Part shown: positions 36,545 to 48,310 of the stretch, one piece after another
Layout: each line of letters begins with the position of its first letter
How positions within the stretch are numbered: the first letter of the stretch is position 1
From: Mustelus asterias
Lineage: Eukaryota
Assembly: GCF_964213995.1 (NCBI RefSeq)
Contig: NC_135801.1
Location: 92,380,001-92,444,000 of the forward strand
Length of the DNA stretch: 64,000 nucleotides
Reading direction: 5' to 3'
Made by a program: the position numbers and the translations under genes
Notes under the pieces: generated by a model
Seen by the model: the letters and a program-made list of their open reading frames with translations, nothing else
Databases searched by the model: none
What the model was told of the DNA's origin: nothing

Positions 36545-37145
36545 GAGGTATCTGATGGCTGTTAGTGTGACATATCCGTTGGTTACTAGGGCAAGATGTC
36601 TGATGATTACCAGAACAAGGTATCTATTGGTTACTCAAGCAAGTGCCTAATGTTAACGCAAGTGCTGCCCTCAACCAACCTCTTGCTGTTGTCACAGGGT
36701 TGGGGGGGGGGGAATTGTACATCTGTGGTTCACAGAAGCAACTGCCCATATAAAACAGCAGCTTCCTCCAGTCATGTCTGATTAGACCAAGTAGGACAAT
36801 GTGTTCCATTGTTACTAGATATGTCCAAGATATCCAATGGTTACTAAGAAAATGTATCAATGGTTACGAGGACGTGGTGTTGGAAGTTTGCTGGGATGAG
36901 GTGTGCCATTGTGATTGAAAGAGGTGTCTGTTTGTTTTTTCTAATTCTTTCACTGGCTGTAGGCATCGATGGCTAGCCCAGCATTTACTATACATCACTA
37001 ATTGACCTTGAGAAGATGTTGGTGAACTGTTGCAGTCCTTGTGTTCGATAGTTACCAGGACGAGGAGTCCAATAGTTACTATGCTAAGGTGTCTTGCTAC
37101 TAGGGTGAGGAGTCAGATGATTATTAGTAGGATGTTTACTTAGGC
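36545..37145. repeat. Degenerate ~24-bp minisatellite
   Basis: Units gttggttactagggcaagatgtct, gatgattaccagaacaaggtatct, aatggttactaagaaaatgtatc, gatagttaccaggacgaggagtcc, aatagttactatgctaaggtgtct. Confidence 0.7.
36935..37040 (-). mobile_element. 3' tail of the LINE family seen at 15780
   Basis: ggcatcgatggctagcccagcattta...ctaattgaccttgagaagatgttggtgaactg is the reverse complement of that tail. Confidence 0.7.
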
Positions 37146-37764
37146 TATGCCTATGAAATCATGCTGCAACATAGATTGATATTCTCAGGAGAGCAGAGAG
37201 TTAATAGGGGCTGGAGTGGGGAGGGATTGAAAAATGATCCACCTGTGAAAGAGGGCCTCCTGAGGGAATGGATAGTTAACCAACTTGGAAGACAAATAAA
37301 GACTATGAGCTACTTTCTACAGTGATTCCCTGATCTCCAGTTCCAAATCCCAGAAAAGCGGCATAAAGAGTTGAGCTTTTGTTGACGTTATGGTAGGAAA
37401 TCGAGAGAACTGCCATAGATTACTAATGGAGTAGAACAGCAGTTTGTTGAGGAAGATGAGGCTTTGGGTGGCTGAAGCGCAATGGCGCATAATAGTGACT
37501 TGAATTTTAGGTTTTGTCCATTTTCATGCCATTAGCTCCCAACTGCAGGTTTCATGTAACCAGGAGCAACCCAAATGTTGTTGGTCAATTTTTTTTTAAA
37601 GTCAGCTGACGGGAAGACTTATTTTTACCGTGTTTGAATAGCAGCCCGCATTCGTGAATCTAGTGATGTAGTTTTTTCCCAGGCTAGAGCTTTTGAACTT
37701 CAGAGTAATCAGGATATTTTCTAATTCTTGTTCATATGGAAAGCAATTCCGACTCATCATAATA

Positions 37765-38200
37765 TCATAGAATCATGGCATGGTTACAACACAGAAGGGG
37801 ATCATCTGGGCCGTTGTATCCATGCCTGTTCCCTGCATGAGCAACTCAGTTAGTCTTGCTTCCCTACTATTTCCCCATAGTCCTGCAATTTCTTTGTATT
37901 TGGATGATTAAACAATTACCCTTTGAAAGCAAAAATTGCATCTGCTTTAGAAGACTCTCAGGCAGTGCATTCCAGATCGTTACCACTCACTGCATAAAAA
38001 GATTTTTCCTCTTGTCACCTTTGATTTAAGATGAATGGCCAAAGAACCAATGTCCTCTGGTCCTTGACCCTTCTGCTAATAGGAACAGTTTCTCCTTGTC
38101 TATTCTGTCCAGGTCACTCATCTTAAGCATTACAATATTCCCAGCTTTTGCAGTCTATCCACATAAATAAAGTCCCTCATTTTGGAACCGTTCTCCATAA
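37765..38200 (-). mobile_element. CR1 LINE 3' fragment
   Basis: tcatagaatcat...acaacacagaagggg...tcaggcagtgcattccagatcgttaccactcactgcataaaaa; reverse homolog of 10200-10450. Confidence 0.82.
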
Positions 38201-38231
38201 TGTTATCATTTTAACGAGGGGGTAGGGGAAA

Positions 38232-38850
38232 ATAACTTGAATTGATATAGCATCTTTCACAATGCCAGGACATCCCCAGGTGCTTTACAGCAACTAATGT
38301 ACTTTTCTGAAATGTCCCTGCTATGCTGTTGGAAACAAGGCAATCAACTTGAGTAAATTAAACAGTAAGTTTCCACAAACAACACTGTGACATTGACCAC
38401 AGAGTCTGTTTCTTGTGATATTGGTTGAAAGATGAATATTGGCCAGGCACACCAGTGAGAACTCCCCTTCCCTTTTCGAAATAATGCCACGGGATCATTT
38501 AAAGTTGAAAGTTTATTTATTAGTGTCACGAGTAGGCTTACATTAACACTGCAATGAAGTTACTGTGAAAATCCCCTAATCGCTACACTCTGATCGAGTA
38601 CACTGAGGGAGAATTTAGCATGGCCAATGCACCTCACCTGCACATCTTTCATACTGTGGGAGGATACCGGAGGAAACCCACGCAGACACAGGGAGAACAT
38701 GCAGACTCCGCACAGACAGTGACCCAAGCTGAGAATTGAACCTAGGTCCCTGGCGCTGTGAGGCCAAGTCCACCTGAGAGAACAGAGGGATTCTCTGTTT
38801 AACACGTATCCTAATGCCGGCACCTTTAACACTCCCACCACGCTGCACTC
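38232..38850 (-). mobile_element. DeuSINE/SacSINE1-like SINE split by a V-SINE
   Basis: Tail and Deu domain run to gccacgggatcattta (38501) and resume at gtccacctgagag (38768). Confidence 0.8.
38506..38765 (-). mobile_element. V-SINE with alternative tail, slightly 5'-truncated
   Basis: gtttatttattagtgtcacgagtaggcttacattaacactgcaatgaag...ggtccctggcgctgtgaggc; AAGT on both sides. Confidence 0.88.
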
Positions 38851-40507
38851 AGGAAACTGGACTGACTCTGTGAATGATTGGTGATTGGGTTCCAGTCAGC
38901 TATCTCCTGTAGGGTAGCAATCTATCGTGACTTGGTCTCATGACCTTCTCAATGTTTCTGACAGAGGAGGAAATTACAAGAAATCATTCATTGCTGCTGG
39001 TTGCCTCAGCTTTATGTCTATGAGCACGTGGCAAAGGTGAGGTTTCAGACAGAAAGTGGTTGGTCTGAGTTTCTGATTGCAAATGAAAACTGCAGAGAGC
39101 AGTTTTTTTGTTAATATTTAGATCAGATGTTTAGATTACCAAATCACCTGTTTGGAAAACACTTACAGAATCTGCTACAGGTTTTTATAGTGGTGTTTCC
39201 ACAGAGCAAATAGTCAGCTGTTTTTATACTGGAGGCATATTCAGTGTGCAGTGACATAATGAATCGTGTAAAGGGACAGTTCTGTGTAAACAGCTGATAA
39301 AATACAATCCCTGACATTATACCACCATGACAATTCCATCATAGAAGTATTAACAAATTATCTTGATTCTTTTGCCCTTTTAACCACCAGCTGAAGATTC
39401 CCAGAATCCGGTTGGAGTTGTCATTGAATTTCAACTTGGGTCCTGCACAGCATATTTAGGCTGAAAGTAATGTTAAATGTGGCAGTGCTGTTGTTCGGAG
39501 TCCTTTGTGCTTTGTATTCCATGTATATCTTCCTGTGAGATTTCAGAGCTTACAATTCAGCAGGTATCGGGCTGGATGTTCGAATGTCTGATGTATGAAT
39601 ATGTACAGTTGTTTCAGTAACCTCCTCCGACCTACCCACTCTCCACCTTGTTCCCTGATGTTTCTGTATTAGGAAGTGAATACAATGAAGTCATTTGGAA
39701 GCACTTGCTCTGTAAATATTGCTGAGTAAGCAGTTTCTATTGGTTGATTTTAATTAATGTATCAATAAGTTTTCGATGTAGCTGGCATCATGTAGGCTCT
39801 ACTCAATTGAGTGCAGTGTTGTGATTATTTCCCCTTGTTCGTTATATCGCAAATCCTATCACATTAGTGGATCTCTGAACTTGTAATGTCTCTTTGAAAC
39901 ATTAGCCTGGATTTTACTGTTGGAAGTAGCCTGGAATGTAGAAATGGAGCTGCCAAGGATGGCGGAGATTGCCTCCACGCTCTCTTTTTTTGGAATGCCT
40001 TTAAACAACTGCTAGAAATAGTCTACATAAGAAATGCTTCTACTATTCAGTGGTCACCAGATACGACATGTCTACGACGAAATTGTCGTGGTTCACTGAT
40101 TTTATCCATTCACTCCATTGGTGACAGTAAGAATCTGTCACTAGGGGTCAGGGAGGGAGGTGAATTGGAATCTATTAGAAGAAAGAGGTACTGATATCTG
40201 TTCTTTTTTCTGTGTGACAGAGTAGCTAATAGGAGAGTTGAAATAAGTTAAAGGCACAATGTGTCAGTTGCGTCTCATGAGTAGCTGCCAGGATCTGCAC
40301 ATCTAGAATCTGCAGCTCACTGTATCACATTCAAAGCACTAAAACTATAGACAAATAATTGGTAATTGGAAGCGGAAAAATGAAAATCATTTGATATTTA
40401 ACTGAATTGCCAGAGCATTTTATCCTGTAAATGGACAATAACTATAAAACCGGTAAAGACGATACCAGATTGACAACAGGATTAAACTTGGTTGTGCCGG
40501 CACTCTT

Positions 40508-40618
40508 GCTGGAACTTCCTCACGGATTCTCCTGATTGGCTGCTGTAAAGTTGCATTAACAAATTATCTGCTGGAGTTATAGTGGACAATCAGGAGAACT
40601 CATGAGGAAATTACCAAC
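40508..40618. repeat. Imperfect inverted repeat (~42-bp arms), MITE-like
   Basis: gctggaacttcctcacggattctcctgattggctgctgtaa versus right-arm reverse complement gttggtaatttcctcatgagttctcctgattgtccactataa. Confidence 0.75.
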
Positions 40619-40673
40619 AGCACTGGTTTTTTGGCGGGGCAATGGGACCAGTGTTTGTCGAATGAAACACGCT

Positions 40674-41004
40674 TAGAATAGAATAGAATAGAATCCCTAC
40701 AGTGCAGAAGGAGGCCATTCGGCCCATCGAGTCTGCACCGACCACAATCCCACCCCACATATTTTACCCGCTAATCCCTCTAACCTACGCATCCCAGGAC
40801 TCTAAGGGGCAATTTTTAACCTGGCCAATCAACCTAACCCGCACATCTTTGGACTGTGGGAGGAAACCGGAGCACCCGGAGGAAACCCACGCAGACACGA
40901 GGAGAATGTGCAAACTCCACACAGACAGTGACCCGAGCCGGGAATCGAACCCGGGACCCTGGAGCTGTGAAGCAGCAGTGCTAACCACTGTGCTACCGTG
41001 CCGC
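40674..41004 (-). mobile_element. Young full-length HE1/V-SINE
   Basis: Near-identical reverse complement of 33976-34315; (TAGAA)n tail. Confidence 0.95.
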
Positions 41005-41137
41005 AATGGAGGTTCAGGGAGGAGGAGATAGATCTGGAGAATAATAGGAGAGAAAAGTGATAATTCAGGGGAAAAAAATGAAGTGCTTATGGATGTGAAG
41101 TTTTACACTGAGATCACCAACAAAAAACCCCTGTAGG

Positions 41138-41318
41138 AAAACGTTTACATTTATATTGTGTCTTTCACATCTTCAAAGTATTCTAAACTGCTTCGTGGCC
41201 AGTGAAGTACTTTAGACACTGTTATAATGCAGGAAAACTTGACACAGAATCTTCACACAATGATGCCCCACAAACATGATGAATAATGTGGGTTAATCAT
41301 TAGCTAGGACATGGGGAT
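41138..41318 (-). mobile_element. DeuSINE-like SINE, left part (continues at 43632-43760)
   Basis: acatttatattgtgtctttcaca...gccagtgaagtacttt...aggacatggggat | gaactcccctgctcttcttcaaataatg. Confidence 0.7.
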
Positions 41319-43631
41319 AGCACTGGATAGTAAGGGACACACGAGAAGACAGGAGACTATGCCTGAGTGGGACAGAAACTGAGTGAGTAGCAAATGAGGT
41401 CCATGTGGGAATTCGGTGCACTGGAGAAATAAGAAAGATCCTTCAAGTAAGATTTATTGCAACTCGTAAACCACGTTAAGTATTAGTCAGACTTTTCAGT
41501 GCTAGTAAGGTTTATCAATAGTTGTAAGGTTTATTAAGTTAAGGCCAAGTGAAGTTAATATATTAAACCAAAGTGAAATAAAGTTAAGATATGGCAGGGC
41601 AGCTTGGTCATACGTGTCCTGTAGGATGTGGGAAGTCTTGGACACTGCCATTTTCCTAGATGACACATGTGCAGGAAGGATTACCAGCTGCACAAAATTG
41701 CACTTCCGGCTTCGGTAGTGATCACACCATAGGCCAGAATTCATTAGTTGGAGAAAGGCAGGCATTTCTGTGGTCCCAGATGTGATGACAGAATGGTATA
41801 TTGCCCGTCTGATGCCGGGGTCAAGGATGTCACAGAGTGGTTACAGAGGTTGTGGTCCACGTTGGTGTCAATGACGTGGGTAAGAAAGAGGACAAGGTCC
41901 TGAAAGAAGATTTTTTGGAGCTAGGAAAGGGATTGAAAAGCAGGATATCTAAAGCAGTAACCTCAGGATTACTCCCAGTCCCACATGCTAGTGAATATAG
42001 AAATGGGAGAAGTGAACAATTAAACACGTGGCTGGAAAGCTGGGTTAAGAGGGGAGAGATCAGATTTCCGAATCATTGGGACCAGTTCCGGGGAAGGTGG
42101 GACCTGTATAAGCTGGATGGTCGACACCTGAACGGGACTGGGATGAATATCGTTGCTAGTGCTATTGATGAGGGTTTAAACTAGATTGGTTGGGGAGAGA
42201 GGGGGTGGGGTGGCTGAGGGCAAATTCGAAACAGAGAGCTGGAAATAGAAAGTTAGTGAGTGGGCACGATCTTACCTGCCATTCACACCATGCTCCTGCT
42301 GCAGCCAGCTTGGAGACTTTGGCAGCCAGTGAAATCTCTTCCGTTCACTGTGGCGGGATGGGGTGTGAACAGTGGTAAGATTGTGGCCAGTGACTCTGAA
42401 ATACAGAAGAAGCACAGGTTAAAAAGTGTTCAGTGCAGGAATATATGTGTAAATACAAGGAGTATAGCAAACAAAATCAATGAGTTGAGGGCACAGATAG
42501 ATACATGACAGCGTGATATCATCGCTGTGATGGAAATGTGGCTCAAAGAGGAGCAAAAATGGCAGCTCAACATCCCTGGATTCAGAGTTTTCAGGCAGGG
42601 TGAAGAGGAAGGTGAGAGTTTAGCATTACTGGTTAAAGAATCGATTACAACTGTAAGATGGAATGATATACTAAATGAAGCATCAAATGAGGCCACATAA
42701 GTTGAACTTGGAAATAAAAAAGGGGCAGCCACACAGCTGGAGTGTACTTTAGACCCTTGAATAGTGAGAAGGAGCTAAAAGAGAAAATATGTAAGCAAAA
42801 ACTATCAAACAGTAATAGTTGGGAACTTCAACTATCCTAATATCAATTGAGATATGAACAGTGTGAAGGGCACAGAGGACACACGATTCTTGAACTGCAT
42901 TCAAGAGAACTTTTTGAACCAGCACATAAGCCAATGAGAGGGGGTGCTGTTCTAGGTTTAGTCTTAGAAAATGAAACTGAGTAAGTGGATGAAGTAGCAG
43001 TAGGGGACCATTTTAGGGATAGTGGCCACAACACAGTTACATTTAGCATAGTTGTGGAAAAGGACAAAGATTGAGCAGCTGGAATATTGTTCTAAGTTCT
43101 GTTCTACATTGCAGGAAGGACATAATTGCTCTGGAGAGAATTGAGAGGAGGTTTACAAGAATGTTACCAGTGCTTGAAAATGGCAGCTATGTGGAAAGAT
43201 TGGATAGGCAAGGGTTGTTTTCCCTAAAACAGAAGAGGCTGAGGGGGTGACTTGACTAAGGGGTACAAAATTCTGAGGGGCCTAGAAAGGATAGACAGGA
43301 AAGATGTTTCTCCCTAGCTGAGGGGCCAGTTACGAGGTGGCATAGGTTTAAGGTGATTGTTAGAAGGATTAAAGAGGACGTGAGGAAAAACCTTTTCACC
43401 CAGAAGGTGATGGGCGTCTGGAATTCACTACCTGAATTGGTGGTTGAGGCAGGAATGCTGAACTGATTGAAAAGATACCTGGATCTCCATCTGAAGTGCT
43501 GTAAGCTGCAAGTTACGGAGCAGGTGCTAGAAAGTGGGATTAAATGAGCAGCTAGCTCCTCTCTTTTTTTGGCCAGGACAGTCACAATGGGCTGAATGGT
43601 CTCTTTCTGTGTTGTAACTTTTCTGTGGTTC
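41319..43631 (+). mobile_element. CR1 LINE with ORF1 esterase, ORF2 endonuclease and 3' end but no RT
   Basis: ORF1 relic from about 41591 (Cys/His N-terminus; SGNH motifs VHVGVND and DGRHLN in 41837-42184); endonuclease CVNTRSIANK..L, GNFNYP, LGLVL, DSGHN; jumps near 43080 to LER..RRFTRML and the CR1 tail. Confidence 0.88.
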
Positions 43632-45439
43632 GAACTCCCCTGCTCTTCTTCAAATAATGCTGGGGGAATTTTTACATCCACCAGATCTCAGGCAAAAAGT
43701 GTCTCATGTTAACATTCTACAGTATGTGAGAGATGATCAGTGCTCCTTCACACCAGCTAAGATGATGCACTCACTGGAAGTTGACTGACTTGCACGTGCA
43801 CACTGGAAAACCCCCTTTGCCAGTGCACAGTGTAAATGGAGAATCATTTCCTCAGCAATGCAGCAGCAAAATACCTATACCAAATTGGATGCCTGTTCTC
43901 AATGTAAATGAGATGTGAGACTCTCTGCACCATTGTACACTGTAACATTCGGTATCCCCCCCCCCGCCCCGCCCCACTTCCAGTATAATGAATGCATCAT
44001 TTCTGATGATAGCTATCTCCTCTTCTCTACATAGGAGACGTCTTAGAAGTGAACATCAGAGTAAAAAGTAGCAGCTAAGCTTGTATTAGAGTATTATTCT
44101 TCTCCAGCCCCCAACAGGACAAAAGCTGGTTTGTCCTCATTGGGGCCTACTTCAAGTTTGTCATTAACTTTACTGATTGAATAATTTTTTTTCCACACAG
44201 CTCTGGTATCCGTGGCCAGGCAGCAGCTTTACCAGCATCCTCCCACATGTGAATGTAATATTTAGCTGGCCTAGCCTGGCCATTTATGATTACCTTTTTC
44301 CTTCTTCTACTTTGGACAAATGTCCTGCTTGTAAATGAACACACAAGTTGCAAAGACAAATAGACTATGACAGAAAGTGACACCATTTTTTCCCCCTTTC
44401 TTTTTTCCTGCCCTCAGCTTTTTTTTTAAATTTAAAAAAAAACAAAGAGTCCAGTCACAGAGTGCTGCTTGGTAAAGGAGAGCTTGCTTTAGGAATGCAG
44501 CGCCTTGTTTGCTGTTTTGTACCTTCCATTCTGCCTTTTATTTGTATCAGTCTATTACATCAGTGTGCACGAGTATGGGCAGTCAGTCTATGCCGGGAAG
44601 TGGTGCTGCTGTAGTGGAGATCTTGTTTTTGCTTCTAAAGGCAGTATATCCTCACAGCTTCTAAAGGTTTTAAGAATTCAAGCAACAAAAGTAGGATACG
44701 TAAGAACAAGAGATTTTAACTTTGGCTTTTAAAGCCACGTTCAAAAAAAAGTAAGAAATTATTTGTGAGAGGTTGATGGGGGTCGGGGTGGGGGAAGGAA
44801 TTGGCCACTTCTTATTTTCTGAGGATTTGAAACCACTTGCAGAGACTCTTTGAAAGAGTAACAATTACGAGGTACAAGAATTTTCTTTTCTTAAGGACTT
44901 TAATGCATCCATGAAAATTGGTTTTCGGTACTCCCTGCTGAATGTATTAACCTGCAAGCATTCAGGCGAACCCTTTGTCCAGTTATGTTGAGGATCGGTG
45001 TGGTTAATAAGCAGTTGCATTACTAACCATTCGATCAATTGATCTGAAATTCCTTTCTCCCAAGTATTGCGTTTGTGGTCGGAGAAAATGTAGATTAGCC
45101 AGTATCTTGATAAACCTAGATTAAAAATGTGACCGTAGGAAGGCAAATGTAGCTTAATTTAAATATTTCAGCAATGCCTCTTGGCCTCATTTTACTACTG
45201 TTACTTGGTGCCTATTTTTGGGGAATTGTTGTGTTGATCTCACTCCGAGCCATATGCTTAAGATTCAGAAGCAGTTTAGATGATACGTCGTGGTTCATGC
45301 CAATATTGGACCACTCACCAGAAAATAGTCAAACTTCATTTGGTACCTCCATGTGATTAAGAACTCAATGGCATTTGGGACTGAATCTTTACCACACAGT
45401 TCAATTTGTAAATACATTAACTAGTTTTAAACTGAGCTA

Positions 45440-45790
45440 TAAGGAGCATGCACCAAACTTTAATCCCTGGATTCTGATCACTTAGGTGTGTTCATATGAG
45501 GTGCCTGTTAAATGTCATATTTGGCCTCAGTACCTCGAAGAAGGAGGCCTGGTCTAATCCTGATCTCAGTTCAGAGAATCCTGATGCAAAGTGTGCATAT
45601 GTAGACATGGAGTCAAAGTAGGATTGGGTCAGTCTGTGGTGCCCTACATTGTCAAACAGATGGTCAACATTTATCATCTCGATTCACACATGAAGAATGG
45701 CCACGTGGATCAGACATTCGATGGCAGCCACTGTCCATGGAACCGTGCCTGAACTTGCATCAGCAACTGTAGGAGAAACAGGGCAAAACA
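45440..45790 (+). mobile_element. Old SINE-like repeat (family X)
   Basis: aatcctgatctc...aaagtgtgcatatgtagacatgg...ggattgggtcagtctgtggtgccc...cacacatgaagaatggccac...catggaaccgtgcc, collinear with 34570 and 47900. Confidence 0.5.
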
Positions 45791-45849
45791 TGGAGGTGAG
45801 GGTTGCTACATCATGTCACATTAAACTGCTCAATGACATAAAACATTGG

Positions 45850-46500
45850 TGTTTTACCATGCTGAGTTATTACGCCACTTATTGATACTTTTTCTGGGCC
45901 ATTTGAAAACAAATAGTGGAGGTGTTGAGCAGTCTGCCCTTGGACCTATTGAAGTTCTTAAGTGGCCAATTAATGGTCACTTCAGAGATTTATCCCACTC
46001 CTGGCATTTGTTTCCCACGGTGGAGGTAAACCCACACCTGGGGTAACCCGGCAGCTTTAGCGATGTGAACTGTTGTTGGACAAGGCGGGTGGGAATTTGT
46101 TCGCACCTCCCTATGTCAATCAGAGGTACCTTCCCCCAGCACTCCCAGGATCACACTACCCTCTTTAACCTCCCACTGGCCTCTCAAGCCGATCCCCCCC
46201 CCACCCCTTTCAACCTCCTCGCTGGGGCCTGTCACCCTGACCACTGCAAAATTCCTCCTACTTACCTTGGCATCCGTTCCTGTGACGGTCTCCATTAGGG
46301 ACTGCCTCTGCTTCCAGCAGTGGCCATCATGCCCGCCTAATGCTGCTGGGATTACAGCGCTAATGGCTGGCCCTTCTCTGAGGAGTGACTTCTTATTCCT
46401 GGGTGGGGGGGGGGGGGGGGGGGGGGGGCGGGGTGCGGGGGTGGGATGCGATACTGGATTGGGATAGCCCACTCCAGTCCATTAGCCAGTGGAGCAGGGG
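45850..46500. mobile_element. GC-rich non-autonomous DNA-transposon-like repeat containing a G24 run
   Basis: cttaagtggccaattaatggtcactt resembles the reverse of 11630-11680; pyrimidine-rich core; poly-G at 46405-46428. Confidence 0.45.
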
Positions 46501-47899
46501 GTGATTGCACTCAGCAACACCAGGTGGTAGCTCCCCATAGCATCCAACCCTTAGGTAATGGTGATATGTTAACCAGTTACACCATCAATGGTTAGTTAAG
46601 CAATTAACCTTGAAAGCCTTTATACATGGTGATATAACACACCCGATTAGATGGCCCTGTGTTCGGGACAGAGCTCAATGCTGATGAAGGAAGTACTAAA
46701 GGCAAAGAGCCATGTCAAAGAAATACCAACATTCTGTCGAGCAAAGAAAATCCGTGGAGAACCATGAAGGGAACATCTGTGAGTGACAAGAAAGTTCATT
46801 CAGCGGACTCTGAAATTGGGTGAAACCATCTTGATTAAAATCGAAAAGAAAAGAGGAATAAACAAGCTCAGGATAAAGGCCAGAAAGAAATAAATCTTTG
46901 CAGGACCACACAATGAAGCAACTTTTTCCCTTCTCCCAGAGAAAGATTAAACCTTGAAGTAACTGAATAGCAGAGAAAAGCAGGAAGAAAGGTTGATTGC
47001 TTCCCCTCCTACAGTTCAAATTGATGAAAAAAGGCTCAATTCAAGTTGTGTTTGTTCTGTGTCTTAGACCATCTGAATTTTTTCTGTGGAGTGGCAGAAT
47101 ACACTGCTAGGAAAGGAGCCAGGGTAAAAAGTCATTGCGGGCTAACAATTGCTTCTAATCCTCACAAAATGCTGAAGAAATTCAATTTATTCTGTATTGG
47201 TCAGAATGTAACCTAGGTCACTTGGTGATGGGAAAACTGAACTGGAAGTCGAGTTGGCTGCATCTTTGTCTTGTGCCTGGATGCTTAACCCAAGATGTAA
47301 CAAAGCTTTCTGTAGAGGATGGTGGGAACTTTGCACAAAATGTTAGCATTAATTTTTTTTTCTTTGGATGCTGTTGTCTCCCGGATAGAAGCAGAGAGAA
47401 TATGCAGATTTCAGGGTGAGAGCACTATAATTTCAGATTGAAATGATTATTTAATTAACACTTAAGCATAACTGTGTGTGGAATAAGTAGCTCTTATTGT
47501 TGGGTTGGCCAGGAGGTTGAATGTCCTTCTTTACGCGACCGCCCTGCTTGAAATGGAGCTTTCTGAGGTTGCATTCTGATGCATTGTACAAACTTTATAT
47601 TACACACTCTCTTGGCTTTAATTCTGCTGTTCGAAGACTGTTCAGATCTTTGGTTTATAACATGGGTACTTGTTTTTCTTTTCACTTATCAATGTTTATA
47701 ATAAAACAAGCTGCAATGAAGATCACTACAAAGCATGAACCTAAAATGATTTGCTCTATGAATATGCCACTCAGTCCGTTACAGAACAATACAGACCCAA
47801 AGGGTCCCGGCTTCAGTCCATGTCTTTGCCAAGCTAGCTAATCTTCTCTTTCGCTTGTATAATTTTAACCGTTAGACCACTCCTTTTGCATCCAGGATC

Positions 47900-48310
47900 G
47901 CCAGGTTCTCCTGATAGCTCAGTACATTTCTCCAGTGCTTAGGGAGGCTTTGGCCTTGGTCTGTGCAAACTTAGCTGATTTCAATGGGAGCTAAACGGTT
48001 ACAGTTGGTCTTAGTGCTCCTGGATCAGTGAGTGCAAAACACACTTAAGGTTCCTATACCTGATTGCAGTTCAGTGATGTGTGCCTGACGTGCATCAGTT
48101 GTGAACATTGGGGAAGGAAGGGTAGCATCAGAATCCAACGAAATGCCACCTCCCTCCACGCCACCAGTCATAAGAGCTGCTAAAATTGTCATGGTTCAGC
48201 CATGAACAATGGACACTTTGGGAAGGTTCTTGAGGCTGCCTAATATCTGTGGAACCTAGTGGAACATGAATTCTGGAGAGGAGCAAGGGAGAAAGGAGGA
48301 AAGGAAAAAA
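47900..48310 (+). mobile_element. Old SINE-like repeat (family X)
   Basis: ctcctgatagctcagt head, ggtctgtgcaaacttagctgat, ggttcctatacctgattg, catgaacaatggacactttggg, tgtggaacc, purine-rich end. Confidence 0.5.
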
